A stretch of 56,856 bases of DNA, taken from positions 1 to 56,856 of the forward strand of contig CAYLQO010000001.1 in NCBI GenBank assembly GCA_964386425.1, given 5' to 3'. Each line of letters begins with the position of its first letter. Within the stretch, counting starts at the first letter, position 1. The notes under the pieces are model-generated. The model was not told the DNA's origin, made no database searches, and saw only the letters and a program-made list of their open reading frames with translations. This DNA comes from an uncultured Gammaproteobacteria bacterium (lineage in GTDB: Bacteria; Patescibacteriota; Patescibacteriia; UBA1558; S5-K13). Below, one piece after another: positions 1 to 9,690 of this stretch. Position numbers and translations under genes: made by a program.

Positions 1-2623
1 TGGACTTTGCTAATCCGAATTGTCTACTTTCTGTTGGATTATTTGTGGCAACTGACATATTGTTAGAAGTCGGCGCTACCAAATTAATTGCTGGCATGAC
101 TTTATAAATACTATAGACAACTTGTTTTTCTATGTTGTTTAGTAGTTCAACAAATAATTCATATGTTTCCCTTTTGTATTCTACAAGTGGGTCGGTCTGA
201 GCATAACCACGAAGTCCTATTCCAGCTCGTAAATGATCAATATTTTCCAAATGCTCAATCCACAAACTATCGATAGCACGAAGCAACAACCCTTTTTCTA
301 TTTCAGAAACTGGATTTTTTATATTTTCTACCCCTGGAATTTTTGAAATTCTATCTTTAAGTTCTTCGTATTTAATTTTTGCTAAATTTATAAAATATTC
401 TATTATTTTTGTTCTTTTTTCTGCTTCTGCTAATTTTTCATCTTTACTTTCTTTTTCCATCAACTCATTGAAATTTTTTATTTCTTCGTCAGTTAGTGGA
501 TATATTGTTTTAATTGATTCAAAAATTTCATTTATATTCCAAACTGTTCCATGGTCTGAAGCTGTGTGAAATGAAACAATTTCATTTATTTCACTTTCAA
601 TTGTTTCAAGTACATAATCTGATAAAGTCTCATAATCTTCAAATTTTTCTCCTTCTGATAAAGTAAGAATGCTTTTTCTTCTTTTATAAATTGTTTCACG
701 TTGCTTGTTCATAACATCATCATACTCAACCAAATGTTTTCTCATATCAAAATTATAACCCTCTACTCTCATCTGAGATTTTTCTATAGAACTTGATATC
801 ATTCCATTTTCAATTGGCATGTCATCTGGAATTTTTAGTGTATTCATTATGCTTTTCATTCTATCTGAACCAAAAATTCTCATTAGATCATCGTCCATCG
901 AAACATAAAAGCATGAAAGTCCTGGATCTCCTTGTCTTCCACTTCTTCCCCGAAGCTGATTATCAATACGACGAGATTCGTGACGTTCAGTTCCAAGTAC
1001 ATATAATCCACCCAAATCAACTACTTTTTTATAATTTTCTTCATTGTATGGTGTTCCGCCTAAAATTATATCAACTCCACGACCAGCCATGTTTGTAGCA
1101 ACTGTAACTGCACCCATACGACCTGCTTGAGCAATTATTTCAGCTTCTTTTGCGTGTTGTTTTGCATTTAAAACATTGTGTGGAACACCTTCCCTTGTTA
1201 GAAGTTGTGATAATAATTCATTTTTCTCAATAGAAATAGTACCAATTAAAACTGGCTGCCCCTTTTCATTTCTAGTCTTTACTTCACGCACAATTGCTTG
1301 AAATTTTGCTTCTTCTGATTTATAAATTTTATCATTTATATCACGCCTTATTAAAGATTTATTTGTTGGAATTACATTTACTTCTAGATTATAAATTTTC
1401 ATAAACTCCTCTGCTTCTGTCTGGGCTGTTCCTGTCATACCTGATAATTTTTCATACATTCTAAAATAATTTTGAAAAGTAATTGTAGCAAGTGTTAAAC
1501 TTTCTCGCTGAACACTTACTCCTTCTTTTGCTTCAATTGCTTGATGAAGTCCTTCTGAATATCTTCTTCCAGGCATAAGTCGTCCAGTAAATTCATCAAC
1601 AATTAACACCTCTCCATCTTTTACGATATAATCTTTATCACGTTTAAAAAGAAGTCGCGCTTTTAAAGCTGCCTCAAGATGAAAAATAGAACTAAAATCA
1701 GCATTTGCCCATGGATCAAAGTTTAATTTATTTGCTATATAATTTTGTCCATCTTCTGTAAAAGTAACTGATCTCATTTTCTCATCAATATTATAATGAG
1801 TGTTTTCTTCTACATCAGAAACAACATAAGAAAACTTTTTATATTTATCAGTTGATTCTGCATCGGCTGAACTTATAATAAGTGGGGTTCTGGCTTCATC
1901 AATTAAAACACTATCAACTTCATCAATAATACAATAATAATATCCCCTCTGGCATAACTCTGAAATTGATTGTTTCATGTTGTCACGAAGATAATCAAAT
2001 CCAAATTCATTATTTGTTCCATAAACTATGTCAGCTTTATATGCATCTTGTCTTGAAACAGGTTTTAAGTAATCTTCTACAATTGTAATGTTATTTGGTT
2101 TTCCATCTTGTGAGTCAACATGAGATGCGTCATAAATATATGAAGCCTCGTGCTCTATTGCTGAAACAGAAAGACCCAAATAATCATAAATTTGTCCCAT
2201 CCACACACAGTCTCTTTTTCCTAAATAATCATTTACTGTTACTAAGTGTACTGGTTTTCCTGTTAGAGCATTTAAATAAAGTGCTAGGGTAGAAGAAAGT
2301 GTTTTTCCTTCTCCTGTTTTCATTTCAGCAATTCTGCCCTTATGTAATGTAATTCCAGACAAAATTTGAACATCATAATGACGTTGACCCAAAGTTCGCT
2401 TTGCAGCCTCTCTTACCATTGCAAATGCCTCGGGAAGAATTTCATCTAAAGTAGTTTTATTATTTTTTAAATCTTCTTGAAATTTTTTAGTTTTCTCGCG
2501 AAGTTCTTCTTTTGATAATTTCTCAAAATCTTTTTCAAGAGAATTAATACTCTCTACAATAGGCAAAAGAGAGTCAATGTATTTTTGATTTGGATCTCCA
2601 AATATTTTTGAAAGTAGGGACAT
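1..2623 (-). CDS. secA: preprotein translocase ATPase SecA (C-terminus runs off the left window edge)
   Basis: My reverse-complement translation from the ATG at 2623 gives MSLLSKIFGDPNQKYIDSLLPIVESINSLEKDF...RIAEMKTGEGKTLSSTLALYLNALTGKPVHLVTVNDYL. Further in (about 1080-1135) it reads AQAGRMGAVTVATNMAGRG. Both are SecA hallmarks. It is absent from the ORF track because no stop lies in the window. Confidence 0.92.
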   Translation of the reverse strand, partial: MSLLSKIFGDPNQKYIDSLLPIVESINSLEKDFEKLSKEELREKTKKFQEDLKNNKTTLDEILPEAFAMVREAAKRTLGQRHYDVQILSGITLHKGRIAEMKTGEGKTLSSTLALYLNALTGKPVHLVTVNDYLGKRDCVWMGQIYDYLGLSVSAIEHEASYIYDASHVDSQDGKPNNITIVEDYLKPVSRQDAYKADIVYGTNNEFGFDYLRDNMKQSISELCQRGYYYCIIDEVDSVLIDEARTPLIISSADAESTDKYKKFSYVVSDVEENTHYNIDEKMRSVTFTEDGQNYIANKLNFDPWANADFSSIFHLEAALKARLLFKRDKDYIVKDGEVLIVDEFTGRLMPGRRYSEGLHQAIEAKEGVSVQRESLTLATITFQNYFRMYEKLSGMTGTAQTEAEEFMKIYNLEVNVIPTNKSLIRRDINDKIYKSEEAKFQAIVREVKTRNEKGQPVLIGTISIEKNELLSQLLTREGVPHNVLNAKQHAKEAEIIAQAGRMGAVTVATNMAGRGVDIILGGTPYNEENYKKVVDLGGLYVLGTERHESRRIDNQLRGRSGRQGDPGLSCFYVSMDDDLMRIFGSDRMKSIMNTLKIPDDMPIENGMISSSIEKSQMRVEGYNFDMRKHLVEYDDVMNKQRETIYKRRKSILTLSEGEKFEDYETLSDYVLETIESEINEIVSFHTASDHGTVWNINEIFESIKTIYPLTDEEIKNFNELMEKESKDEKLAEAEKRTKIIEYFINLAKIKYEELKDRISKIPGVENIKNPVSEIEKGLLLRAIDSLWIEHLENIDHLRAGIGLRGYAQTDPLVEYKRETYELFVELLNNIEKQVVYSIYKVMPAINLVAPTSNNMSVATNNPTESRQFGLAKS

Positions 2624-2689
2624 ATTTTTGAATTGATAAATAAATAAAAACTTAATTGAAAATTATAAATTTCAAATTGAATATTAATT

Positions 2690-2992
2690 CTATCTTTTTA
2701 TTTTATCTTTTATTTTTGTTATTTGTATTTCTAATTTATCTTTTACAATATCTATTGCTGACATTACATCTCCTGCACTTGCTTCTGCTCTTATCATTTT
2801 ATTACCCATTATTGTCATATTTGCCTCAAATCTGAATACATCTCCTTTTTGGTGATGAGAATCTTGTGAAATATCCACTCTAACGCTAGAAAAATTAAGC
2901 CCATATCTATCAAGGCTTCCTATTTTTTCTTGTGTATAATCTTTTAATTGCTGTGTTAAATCCACATTTTTTGCATAAAATTGGATGTTCAT
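2690..2992 (-). CDS. hpf: ribosome hibernation promoting factor / RaiA family (short form)
   Basis: 100 aa ORF MNIQFYAKNVDLTQQLKDYTQEKIGSLDRY...EANMTIMGNKMIRAEASAGDVMSAIDIVKDKLEIQI. This matches the sigma-54 modulation/HPF fold pattern. Confidence 0.85.
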   Translation of the reverse strand: MNIQFYAKNVDLTQQLKDYTQEKIGSLDRYGLNFSSVRVDISQDSHHQKGDVFRFEANMTIMGNKMIRAEASAGDVMSAIDIVKDKLEIQITKIKDKIKR

Positions 2993-3075
2993 TTTTTTGT
3001 TTTTAAATGTTTAAACCTATCTTTTATATTATCAATAAAAAACCCGTTTGACAAATATATAAAATGCATTATTTA

Positions 3076-3103
3076 TTGACATTTTTTATGATTTAGATAT
3101 AAT
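3076..3103 (+). promoter_or_regulatory. consensus sigma-70 type promoter
   Basis: TTGACA at 3076-3081, a 16 nt spacer, then TATAAT at 3098-3103. Confidence 0.7.
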
Positions 3104-3109
3104 TTAATC

Positions 3110-3535
3110 GGACTGAGATTATGCTACAATTGATAATAGCGAAGGAATGGAAGACCACAGTCTAATAAAAAACAGGAGGATCTTATGTAGAAGATCAAAA
3201 ACATCAGAGCACCGCCTTATTTAAACGTAGACAACTGATAAACCAAATTAAGAAATAAGGAAGTTTTATTATGAAAACAACAAAAATACTGTTTTAGACC
3301 AAGGCGTGCTATATGAAATGGAGAAACTTTTTTCAGAAACTCCAAGTCGCACAATTTAAATGTGCAAATAATGTCTTTGAGACTCGGATTTGTTTGCTTC
3401 TACGAAAAAGAACAATCTATATCGGGGTCCATAGACTCAAATACTAACTTTTTTCACCCGGAGTGATTGTAAAACATTGCTCCACTGCTCAAACCCTCCG
3501 CAACAAGCGTCGCCCCCCAAAGCGACGCTTTTTCT
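3110..3535 (+). ncRNA. orphan transcript of about 425 nt with unknown function (ncRNA or sORF carrier)
   Basis: It is bounded by the consensus promoter at 3076-3103 and an intrinsic terminator at 3506-3535. No ORF of 60 aa or more is present. Its GC content is visibly above that of its neighbours. I recognised no tmRNA, SRP or 6S signature. Confidence 0.45.
3506..3535 (+). terminator. intrinsic terminator
   Basis: The 8 bp stem AGCGTCGC (3506-3513) pairs with GCGACGCT (3522-3529). It is followed by a T-run. Confidence 0.8.
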
Positions 3536-3590
3536 TCTTATTTGACAAATTTTTTTATAGTTATAAAATTTCCAAAGAAGGAGGAAGACA

Positions 3591-3764
3591 ATGCATATAA
3601 TCTTAACAGCTCCAAGCTTTCCAATTCACGAACCATGGTCATATATAATAGCATCTATAATCTTAATCCTTGGATTATTTGGACTCATTGATATTTTGCG
3701 AGAAAAACTGGGTCAAATTGTAGAAAATTGGAAAGAAAAAAAGAAACAAGAACAACAAAAATAA
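3591..3764 (+). CDS. small (57 aa) single-pass membrane protein, hypothetical
   Basis: The ATG at 3591 follows GAAGGAGGAAG. The product is MHIILTAPSFPIHEPWSYIIASIILILGLFGLIDILREKLGQIVENWKEKKKQEQQK. Upstream promoter is TTGACA (3542-3547) plus TAAAAT (3564-3569). A terminator hairpin lies at 3763-3797. It is below the ORF track length cut-off. Confidence 0.6.
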   Translation: MHIILTAPSFPIHEPWSYIIASIILILGLFGLIDILREKLGQIVENWKEKKKQEQQK

Positions 3765-3797
3765 GCTCTTCACAACTTCGCTGAGCTTATTTTATTT
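3763..3797 (+). terminator. intrinsic terminator after the small ORF
   Basis: AAGCTC (3763-3768) pairs with GAGCTT (3783-3788). The following sequence is ATTTTATTT. Confidence 0.6.
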
Positions 3798-3813
3798 ATA
3801 AAAATAAATGTAA

Positions 3814-4755
3814 TCAAAATTTACCAATAAATTGAACCTCTGGTTCTAATTTTATTTTATATTTTTCAAAAACAATATCTTCTATTTTTTTTGAAAGATT
3901 ATAAATATCACCTGCTGTTGCGTCTTTATAATTTATTAAAAAATTTGCATGTTTTTCTGAAACACTCGCTCCGCCAAATCCTAGTCCTTTAAGTCCGACA
4001 CGCTCTATTAAAAATCCTGCCGGAATAATCCCACTCTTTTCAAAAATTGAAATATCTAAGTCCTTAAAATTATTTCTTATTTCTTCATTTAATTTAACAT
4101 TCTTGAAAAAAGAACCGGCACTTGGATATTCAAGTGGTTGTTTTGAGTTTCTCTCAATAATATTTTTTTCAATTATTGTTCTTGCAGACTCAACATCTCC
4201 GGTAGTCAAAATTATTTTTGCACTAAATATTATATATTTGTTTTGTTTAAAAATACTGTTTCTATAATCAAATTTACAATCTTGTTTTTCTATTTCTTGT
4301 ATTTCTCCATTATTACTCACACATAAAACCGACTCTACAATATCACAAATATTGGTATTATAAACTCCTGCATTTCCATAAATTGCTCCACCAATAGTTC
4401 CTGGAATTCCTGCTAAAAATTCTGCACCAACATAACCACTATCAAGAGAAAATTGTAAAAAACTATTAAGCATGGTTCCCGCTCCAACATAAAAAATATT
4501 ATTTTCTAATTTTATATCATTATTTTTTATTTTTATAATTAACCCATTAAATCCACTATCACTTATCAAAACATTACTCCCCCATCCTAAAACCAAAAAA
4601 TCAATATTATTTTTATTACAATATCTAATACAAGATTGTAACTCGTTAATATCTGAACTTTCTAAAAAATATTTTGCATTTCCTCCAACTTTAAAAGTAG
4701 TAAGTTCTTTTAAGCTTTTATTAAGTTCGATATTTTTAAACTTATCAGTAATCAT
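3814..4755 (-). CDS. murB: UDP-N-acetylenolpyruvoylglucosamine reductase
   Basis: 313 aa product with a FAD-binding MurB pattern (TTFKVGGNAKYF, VLGWGSNVLISD, C-terminal KLEPEVQFIG). It sits in the mur cluster. Confidence 0.9.
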   Translation of the reverse strand: MITDKFKNIELNKSLKELTTFKVGGNAKYFLESSDINELQSCIRYCNKNNIDFLVLGWGSNVLISDSGFNGLIIKIKNNDIKLENNIFYVGAGTMLNSFLQFSLDSGYVGAEFLAGIPGTIGGAIYGNAGVYNTNICDIVESVLCVSNNGEIQEIEKQDCKFDYRNSIFKQNKYIIFSAKIILTTGDVESARTIIEKNIIERNSKQPLEYPSAGSFFKNVKLNEEIRNNFKDLDISIFEKSGIIPAGFLIERVGLKGLGFGGASVSEKHANFLINYKDATAGDIYNLSKKIEDIVFEKYKIKLEPEVQFIGKF

Positions 4756-4756
4756 A

Positions 4757-6130
4757 TTATTTATATTCTAAATAAAATCTTACAAAATCATCTATATCTC
4801 CAGCCCCTGTTATAATTATTACATTATCTTTCAATTTTGATAATGTTTTTTTCAATTCTTTAAAATCTTTTGTATAATAAATTTCTTGTCCTTCTTTTAA
4901 ATAATTCTTTTTTATTTCTTTATACAAATCATAAGAATTCTTTTTTGGTTTACTTCTGCGACCTGAAACTCTATAGACTGGATATAAAACTATATTATCA
5001 GCAAGCTCAAAACAATTTAAAAATTCATCAAATAATTGTTCAGTTCTATCTTCTTGGTGTGGCTGAAAAACTATTGTTATTTTTTTATTTTGATAAAAAC
5101 CACGAACACCAGAAAGTAGTGCTTTTACTGCTGTTGGATGATGTGCATAATCAGAGAAAATTAAATTTTTTCTCCAAGTACCAACAAACTCAAACCTACG
5201 CCACAAGCCCTTAAATTCTCTTATCGCTTCTGAAATTATATTTGGTTTAACCCCAAGTCTCAAACATATTGCACATGCGATTAAAATATTATAAATATTA
5301 TAAACTCCAGGTAGTGATGTTTCTATTTTGCACAATTTTTTATCATTCAAACATAAATCAAATATCTGCATTTTATTAGTTCTCGAAACATTTTCAACAT
5401 ATAAATCAGAATTATCAGTTAATCCAATAGATATGGGGTCTCTACCAAGTTTTAAATCTTTTATATTTACATCATCGCCATTGTAAATTAAATTTGATTT
5501 TGATTTTAATTTATTTATAAATTCCTGAAATGAATCTTTTATATTTTTTAAATTTTTATAAACGTCTAAATGATCTTTGTCTAAAGATATGAGCCCTATA
5601 TAATCTGGGAAAAGCTTTAACATTTTTCTATCATATTCATCTGCTTCAACAACTAGATACTTACTGCATCCAAGGACAAAGTTTGAATTTAATTTAGAAA
5701 TTTTTGTTCCCACAAAAACAGTTGGGTCCATACCAGCTTTTATCATTATCATAGAAACAAGTGCGGTTGTAGTTGATTTTCCATGAGTTCCCGTTATTGC
5801 AATTGTAGTATAATCTTTTGATAGCTCTCCGATAAAATCAAAATGTGATAGTGTTGGTATTTTTAATTTTTTAGCTGATAAAATTTCTGGATTATCACTT
5901 GTGATTGCTGGACTATAAACCACCAAATCAAATGACTGATCTAAATTTTTTTCATCGTGATTATAAAAAATTTTTATTCCTAATTTTTCTAAATCTTTTG
6001 TTAACTCATTTTTGATTAAGTCTGAACCACTAACTTGTTTTTTTAATTCAAACATCATTTTTGCAATAGCCGATATTCCTATTCCACCAATTCCTATTAA
6101 ATAAACTTTTTTTATTTTTTTAAGATCCAT
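4757..6130 (-). CDS. murC: UDP-N-acetylmuramate--L-alanine ligase
   Basis: 457 aa product with the N-terminal IGIGGIGISAIA motif and the Mur ligase P-loop GTHGKSTTTALVS. Confidence 0.9.
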   Translation of the reverse strand: MDLKKIKKVYLIGIGGIGISAIAKMMFELKKQVSGSDLIKNELTKDLEKLGIKIFYNHDEKNLDQSFDLVVYSPAITSDNPEILSAKKLKIPTLSHFDFIGELSKDYTTIAITGTHGKSTTTALVSMIMIKAGMDPTVFVGTKISKLNSNFVLGCSKYLVVEADEYDRKMLKLFPDYIGLISLDKDHLDVYKNLKNIKDSFQEFINKLKSKSNLIYNGDDVNIKDLKLGRDPISIGLTDNSDLYVENVSRTNKMQIFDLCLNDKKLCKIETSLPGVYNIYNILIACAICLRLGVKPNIISEAIREFKGLWRRFEFVGTWRKNLIFSDYAHHPTAVKALLSGVRGFYQNKKITIVFQPHQEDRTEQLFDEFLNCFELADNIVLYPVYRVSGRRSKPKKNSYDLYKEIKKNYLKEGQEIYYTKDFKELKKTLSKLKDNVIIITGAGDIDDFVRFYLEYK

Positions 6131-7160
6131 AAATTTTGGAAATTATTTTCTCAGCTGAATCGTGCGGCATAATTCTATTTATATTTTTCTCTAATGATAA
6201 TTTTTTTTCTTTATTTTCGTAGAGTAAAAAAATCTTCTCTGTCAAGTTTTTTAATTCTGAGTTATCCACAGCCTCATGTTTTTCAAAATATTTTACATTT
6301 TCTTCTTGATGACCAGGAAGTGGCACTATTATTGAAGCTTTTGATAAATATGATAATTCAGTTAATGTTGCCATGCCGGCACGAGAGACAATAATATCTG
6401 AAACAAACATAAAATCTAACAATTCTTTATCTAAAAATTTATATTGATAATAATATTGTTTTTCAATATTTAAATTTTTATTTTCACCAGTTGAATGAAT
6501 TATTTGAAATTTTTGAAGCAACATATCTAAATTATCATAAATCACTTTGTTTAAATTTAATGCACCACTTGATCCACCAAGAATTAAAAGAATTGGTTTA
6601 TCTTTTTCAAAATTATATTTTTCTAAAATTTTATCTTTTGATAAATTATAAATTTCATCACTTTTAAATCTACATGGATTTCCAGTAAGTATTGCGTGTT
6701 TACCAAAATACTTTAATTGTTCTGGAAATGTAACCGTAATTATATCTGCAAATGGTTTCATTAATTTATTTGCAAGACCAATATAAACATCCTGCTGATG
6801 AATTAATATTTTCTTTTTCATTAATTTTCCAACTATTACAATAGGAACGCTCACGTAAGCACCTGCGCTAATTATTATATCTGGATTTAATTTTTTAATA
6901 ATTTTATAACTTTCAAATAAAGATTTTATAAAATTAAAAATATCTAATAGGTTATATATACTTATATATCGTCTTAATTTCGCACTTGATATTTGGTGGG
7001 TTTTTATTCCACGCAAATTTAAATAATTATTCTCAATTCCATTTTTTGTTGATACCCAAAAAATTTCATCATTGTCATGATTTTTTTTAATTTCATTTAT
7101 TATTGCTACAAGTGGTGTTACGGGACCAAGTGTTCCCCCACCACTAAACATTAATTTCAT
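6120..7160 (-). CDS. murG: undecaprenyldiphospho-muramoylpentapeptide beta-N-acetylglucosaminyltransferase
   Basis: 346 aa product with the N-terminal FSGGGTLGPVTP motif and the C-terminal SRAGMATLTE motif, both typical of MurG. Confidence 0.88.
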   Translation of the reverse strand: MKLMFSGGGTLGPVTPLVAIINEIKKNHDNDEIFWVSTKNGIENNYLNLRGIKTHQISSAKLRRYISIYNLLDIFNFIKSLFESYKIIKKLNPDIIISAGAYVSVPIVIVGKLMKKKILIHQQDVYIGLANKLMKPFADIITVTFPEQLKYFGKHAILTGNPCRFKSDEIYNLSKDKILEKYNFEKDKPILLILGGSSGALNLNKVIYDNLDMLLQKFQIIHSTGENKNLNIEKQYYYQYKFLDKELLDFMFVSDIIVSRAGMATLTELSYLSKASIIVPLPGHQEENVKYFEKHEAVDNSELKNLTEKIFLLYENKEKKLSLEKNINRIMPHDSAEKIISKIYGS

Positions 7161-7216
7161 ATAAATTTTACATAATTAAATTTAAATTTGTCATTTGAAA
7201 ATTGAAAATTAAATTA

Positions 7217-8374
7217 CTATCTTGTGTGTTTTGATATATTAACAAGTATTCCCATTGCTGACAAACTCATTATCATAGCTGTTCCACCATAACTTACAAA
7301 TGGAAGCGGAACTCCCGTCATTGGCATGAGTCCAAGCATGGAACATATGTTTATCAAACTTTGAAATCCTATCCAACATATTATACCGGCTGATAATACT
7401 TTTCCATATGTGCTTTTTGTATTTTTTGAAATTTTGAGTCCATAACATATTAAAAGAAAAACAGCAAGAATATAAAAAAAACAAACAATAAAGCCCAGCT
7501 CTTCTCCCATTATTGCAAAAATTGAATCCCCGGATACTTCTGGAATATAACCATATTTTTGTCTTGATTGTCCAAGTCCTATACCAAGTAACCCACCAGA
7601 TCCAATTGCGATAAGTGATTGATTTAAATGATAACCAATTCCTTTTACATCTGAAGCGGGATTTAAAAATACAGTGAGCCTTGCTAGTCTATATGGAGCT
7701 GACTTTATAGCAACAAAAATCAATCCGAAAGCCAATAATATTAAAAATATTATATGTTTTATATTTCCCCCACCCATAAAAAATCCAGCAAAGGCAATTA
7801 TAAATATTATAGATAGTGTACCCAAATCTGGTTGTAATAACATTAAAACAGAAATAATTACTAATAATGTTAAAAATGGTATAAAACCCTGATAAAGGTC
7901 TTTTATTCTATTCCCACGTGATTCTATCCAACTCGCAAGATAAATTAAAAAGGTTAATTTAACAATTTCTGATGGTTGTAATGATATGCCAAAAACACTG
8001 ATCCAGCTTCTTGCATCTTTGCCGTGATCAGTACCAATTCCTGGAATAAAAACAAGAACCAAAAGTATTATTGATATAATAAGCATTAAAAATGAATATT
8101 TTTTCCAAAAATTAAAATCTATTTTTGATAAAACATAAAAACATATTAATCCTGGACATATTCCAAATAAAAACTGGTGCCAAAAAATATGATAGGTATT
8201 ACCATATTTTTTATATGACAACACTGGACTTGCAGATAAAAGAATAATGAGTCCAAATAGAACTAAAATCCATGAAATTACAATGATTCTATAATCTGGA
8301 CTATGTTCTGATTTATCTTTTTTTAGAATTGATCTAAAAAATGATTTAATTTTGTTTTCTTTGAAACTCCTCAT
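7217..8374 (-). CDS. ftsW: SEDS family peptidoglycan polymerase FtsW/RodA
   Basis: 385 aa polytopic membrane protein. QPSEIVKL and the C-terminal MPMTGVPLPFVSYGGTA are SEDS hallmarks. It lies between murD and murG. Confidence 0.88.
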   Translation of the reverse strand: MRSFKENKIKSFFRSILKKDKSEHSPDYRIIVISWILVLFGLIILLSASPVLSYKKYGNTYHIFWHQFLFGICPGLICFYVLSKIDFNFWKKYSFLMLIISIILLVLVFIPGIGTDHGKDARSWISVFGISLQPSEIVKLTFLIYLASWIESRGNRIKDLYQGFIPFLTLLVIISVLMLLQPDLGTLSIIFIIAFAGFFMGGGNIKHIIFLILLAFGLIFVAIKSAPYRLARLTVFLNPASDVKGIGYHLNQSLIAIGSGGLLGIGLGQSRQKYGYIPEVSGDSIFAIMGEELGFIVCFFYILAVFLLICYGLKISKNTKSTYGKVLSAGIICWIGFQSLINICSMLGLMPMTGVPLPFVSYGGTAMIMSLSAMGILVNISKHTR

Positions 8375-8376
8375 AA

Positions 8377-9690
8377 TTATAATGAACTAACTATTTTATT
8401 AAATTTTTCTCCTCTATCAAATTCATTTTTAAACATTCCGAAGCTTGCACATCCAGGAGAAAGTAAAATTATATCCCCAAATTCTGCTTTTTCATAAACA
8501 GATCTTACAGCACTCTCAAAATCATCAAAAATTCCAATTATCAAATTTTCTCCACCAAAATTTTTTATTTTTTCTTTTAAATTTTCTGTTTCAGTACCAG
8601 ATAAAAGCGCTACTAATTTTGCTTTTTTACAAATAGTGTTAGCAAATTCTTCAATTGGCAAACCCTTTGTAGCACCACCACAAATAAGTAATATTTTTTC
8701 ATTAAATGACTCGAGTGCTTTTACTCCAGCAATTGGGGCAGTAGAAGCCGAATCATTTATAAAACTTATCCCATTTATTTCTCTAATTTTTTCTAATCTA
8801 AATTCAATTGGATTAAATTGCTCTACAACACTTTTTATAATATTTTCATCTATCTTTAATCTTAAACAAAGTTCTCGTGCTACTGCAATATTTTCTAAAT
8901 TATGACTCCCTAAAAGTTTTGTTTTATAATTTTTTACAAAATCCTTTGAAAAATAAATAATTTCTCCATTTGCTTCATTTTTAAACTCAGTATGATACTT
9001 ATCATGAATATCTTTATTTAAAAACAAAACATCTGATTTTTTTTGAAATCTATAAATATTTTTTTTATCATTTACATAATCATCCATACCCCCCCCTCTA
9101 TTTAAATGATCCGGATAAATATTTGTAATAATAGAAAATTCCGGAGAAACTTTCTCGTCTTCAAATCCCTGTAATTGCCAAGATGATAATTCTAAAACTA
9201 AATGTGAATTTTCTGTGAGTTTATCTAATATTGGAAGTGTTGCAGTTCCTCTAACATTTCCAGAAATATAAACGTCAAATCCTGCGCGTTTTAATATTTC
9301 ATAAATTAAAGTTGTTGTTGTTGATTTTCCTCTAGTTCCTGTTATTCCAATAACATGTGCTTTTGTATTTTTACATGCGAATGATTCATCCATTATAATT
9401 TTATTTCCATGTTTCTTTGCAATTTCTAAAAATGAAGAATCCATTCTTACGTCGGGATTTCTTACGATTATTTCATTTTCAATAAAATCAGATTCTAGGT
9501 GACCTCCCAAATGTAATGTTATATTTTTATATTTTTTTAACTCATCTATTGAATTTCCTAATTCTTGTTCTGTTTTTAAATCAGTAACAGTAACAATAGC
9601 CCCTGTATCATAAAAAAACAAAGCGTCTTTTAAACCCTTTCCAATAGTTCCGAGCCCCATTATTAAAACCTTTTTTCCATTAAAATTCAT
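8377..9690 (-). CDS. murD: UDP-N-acetylmuramoylalanine--D-glutamate ligase
   Basis: 437 aa product with N-terminal VLIMGLGTIGKG and the P-loop GITGTRGKSTTTTL. It has the Mur ligase middle and C-terminal domains. Confidence 0.88.
   Translation of the reverse strand: MNFNGKKVLIMGLGTIGKGLKDALFFYDTGAIVTVTDLKTEQELGNSIDELKKYKNITLHLGGHLESDFIENEIIVRNPDVRMDSSFLEIAKKHGNKIIMDESFACKNTKAHVIGITGTRGKSTTTTLIYEILKRAGFDVYISGNVRGTATLPILDKLTENSHLVLELSSWQLQGFEDEKVSPEFSIITNIYPDHLNRGGGMDDYVNDKKNIYRFQKKSDVLFLNKDIHDKYHTEFKNEANGEIIYFSKDFVKNYKTKLLGSHNLENIAVARELCLRLKIDENIIKSVVEQFNPIEFRLEKIREINGISFINDSASTAPIAGVKALESFNEKILLICGGATKGLPIEEFANTICKKAKLVALLSGTETENLKEKIKNFGGENLIIGIFDDFESAVRSVYEKAEFGDIILLSPGCASFGMFKNEFDRGEKFNKIVSSL

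Noticed and set aside
3110-3535. tmRNA, SRP RNA, 6S RNA or raiA-motif RNA identity for the orphan transcript next to hpf.
   Set aside because: There is no tRNA-like 5'/3' pairing, no SRP domain IV GGAA-tetraloop motif and no long 6S-type closing helix. The transcript is divergent from hpf rather than in its 5' UTR. It is kept only as an unknown transcript.
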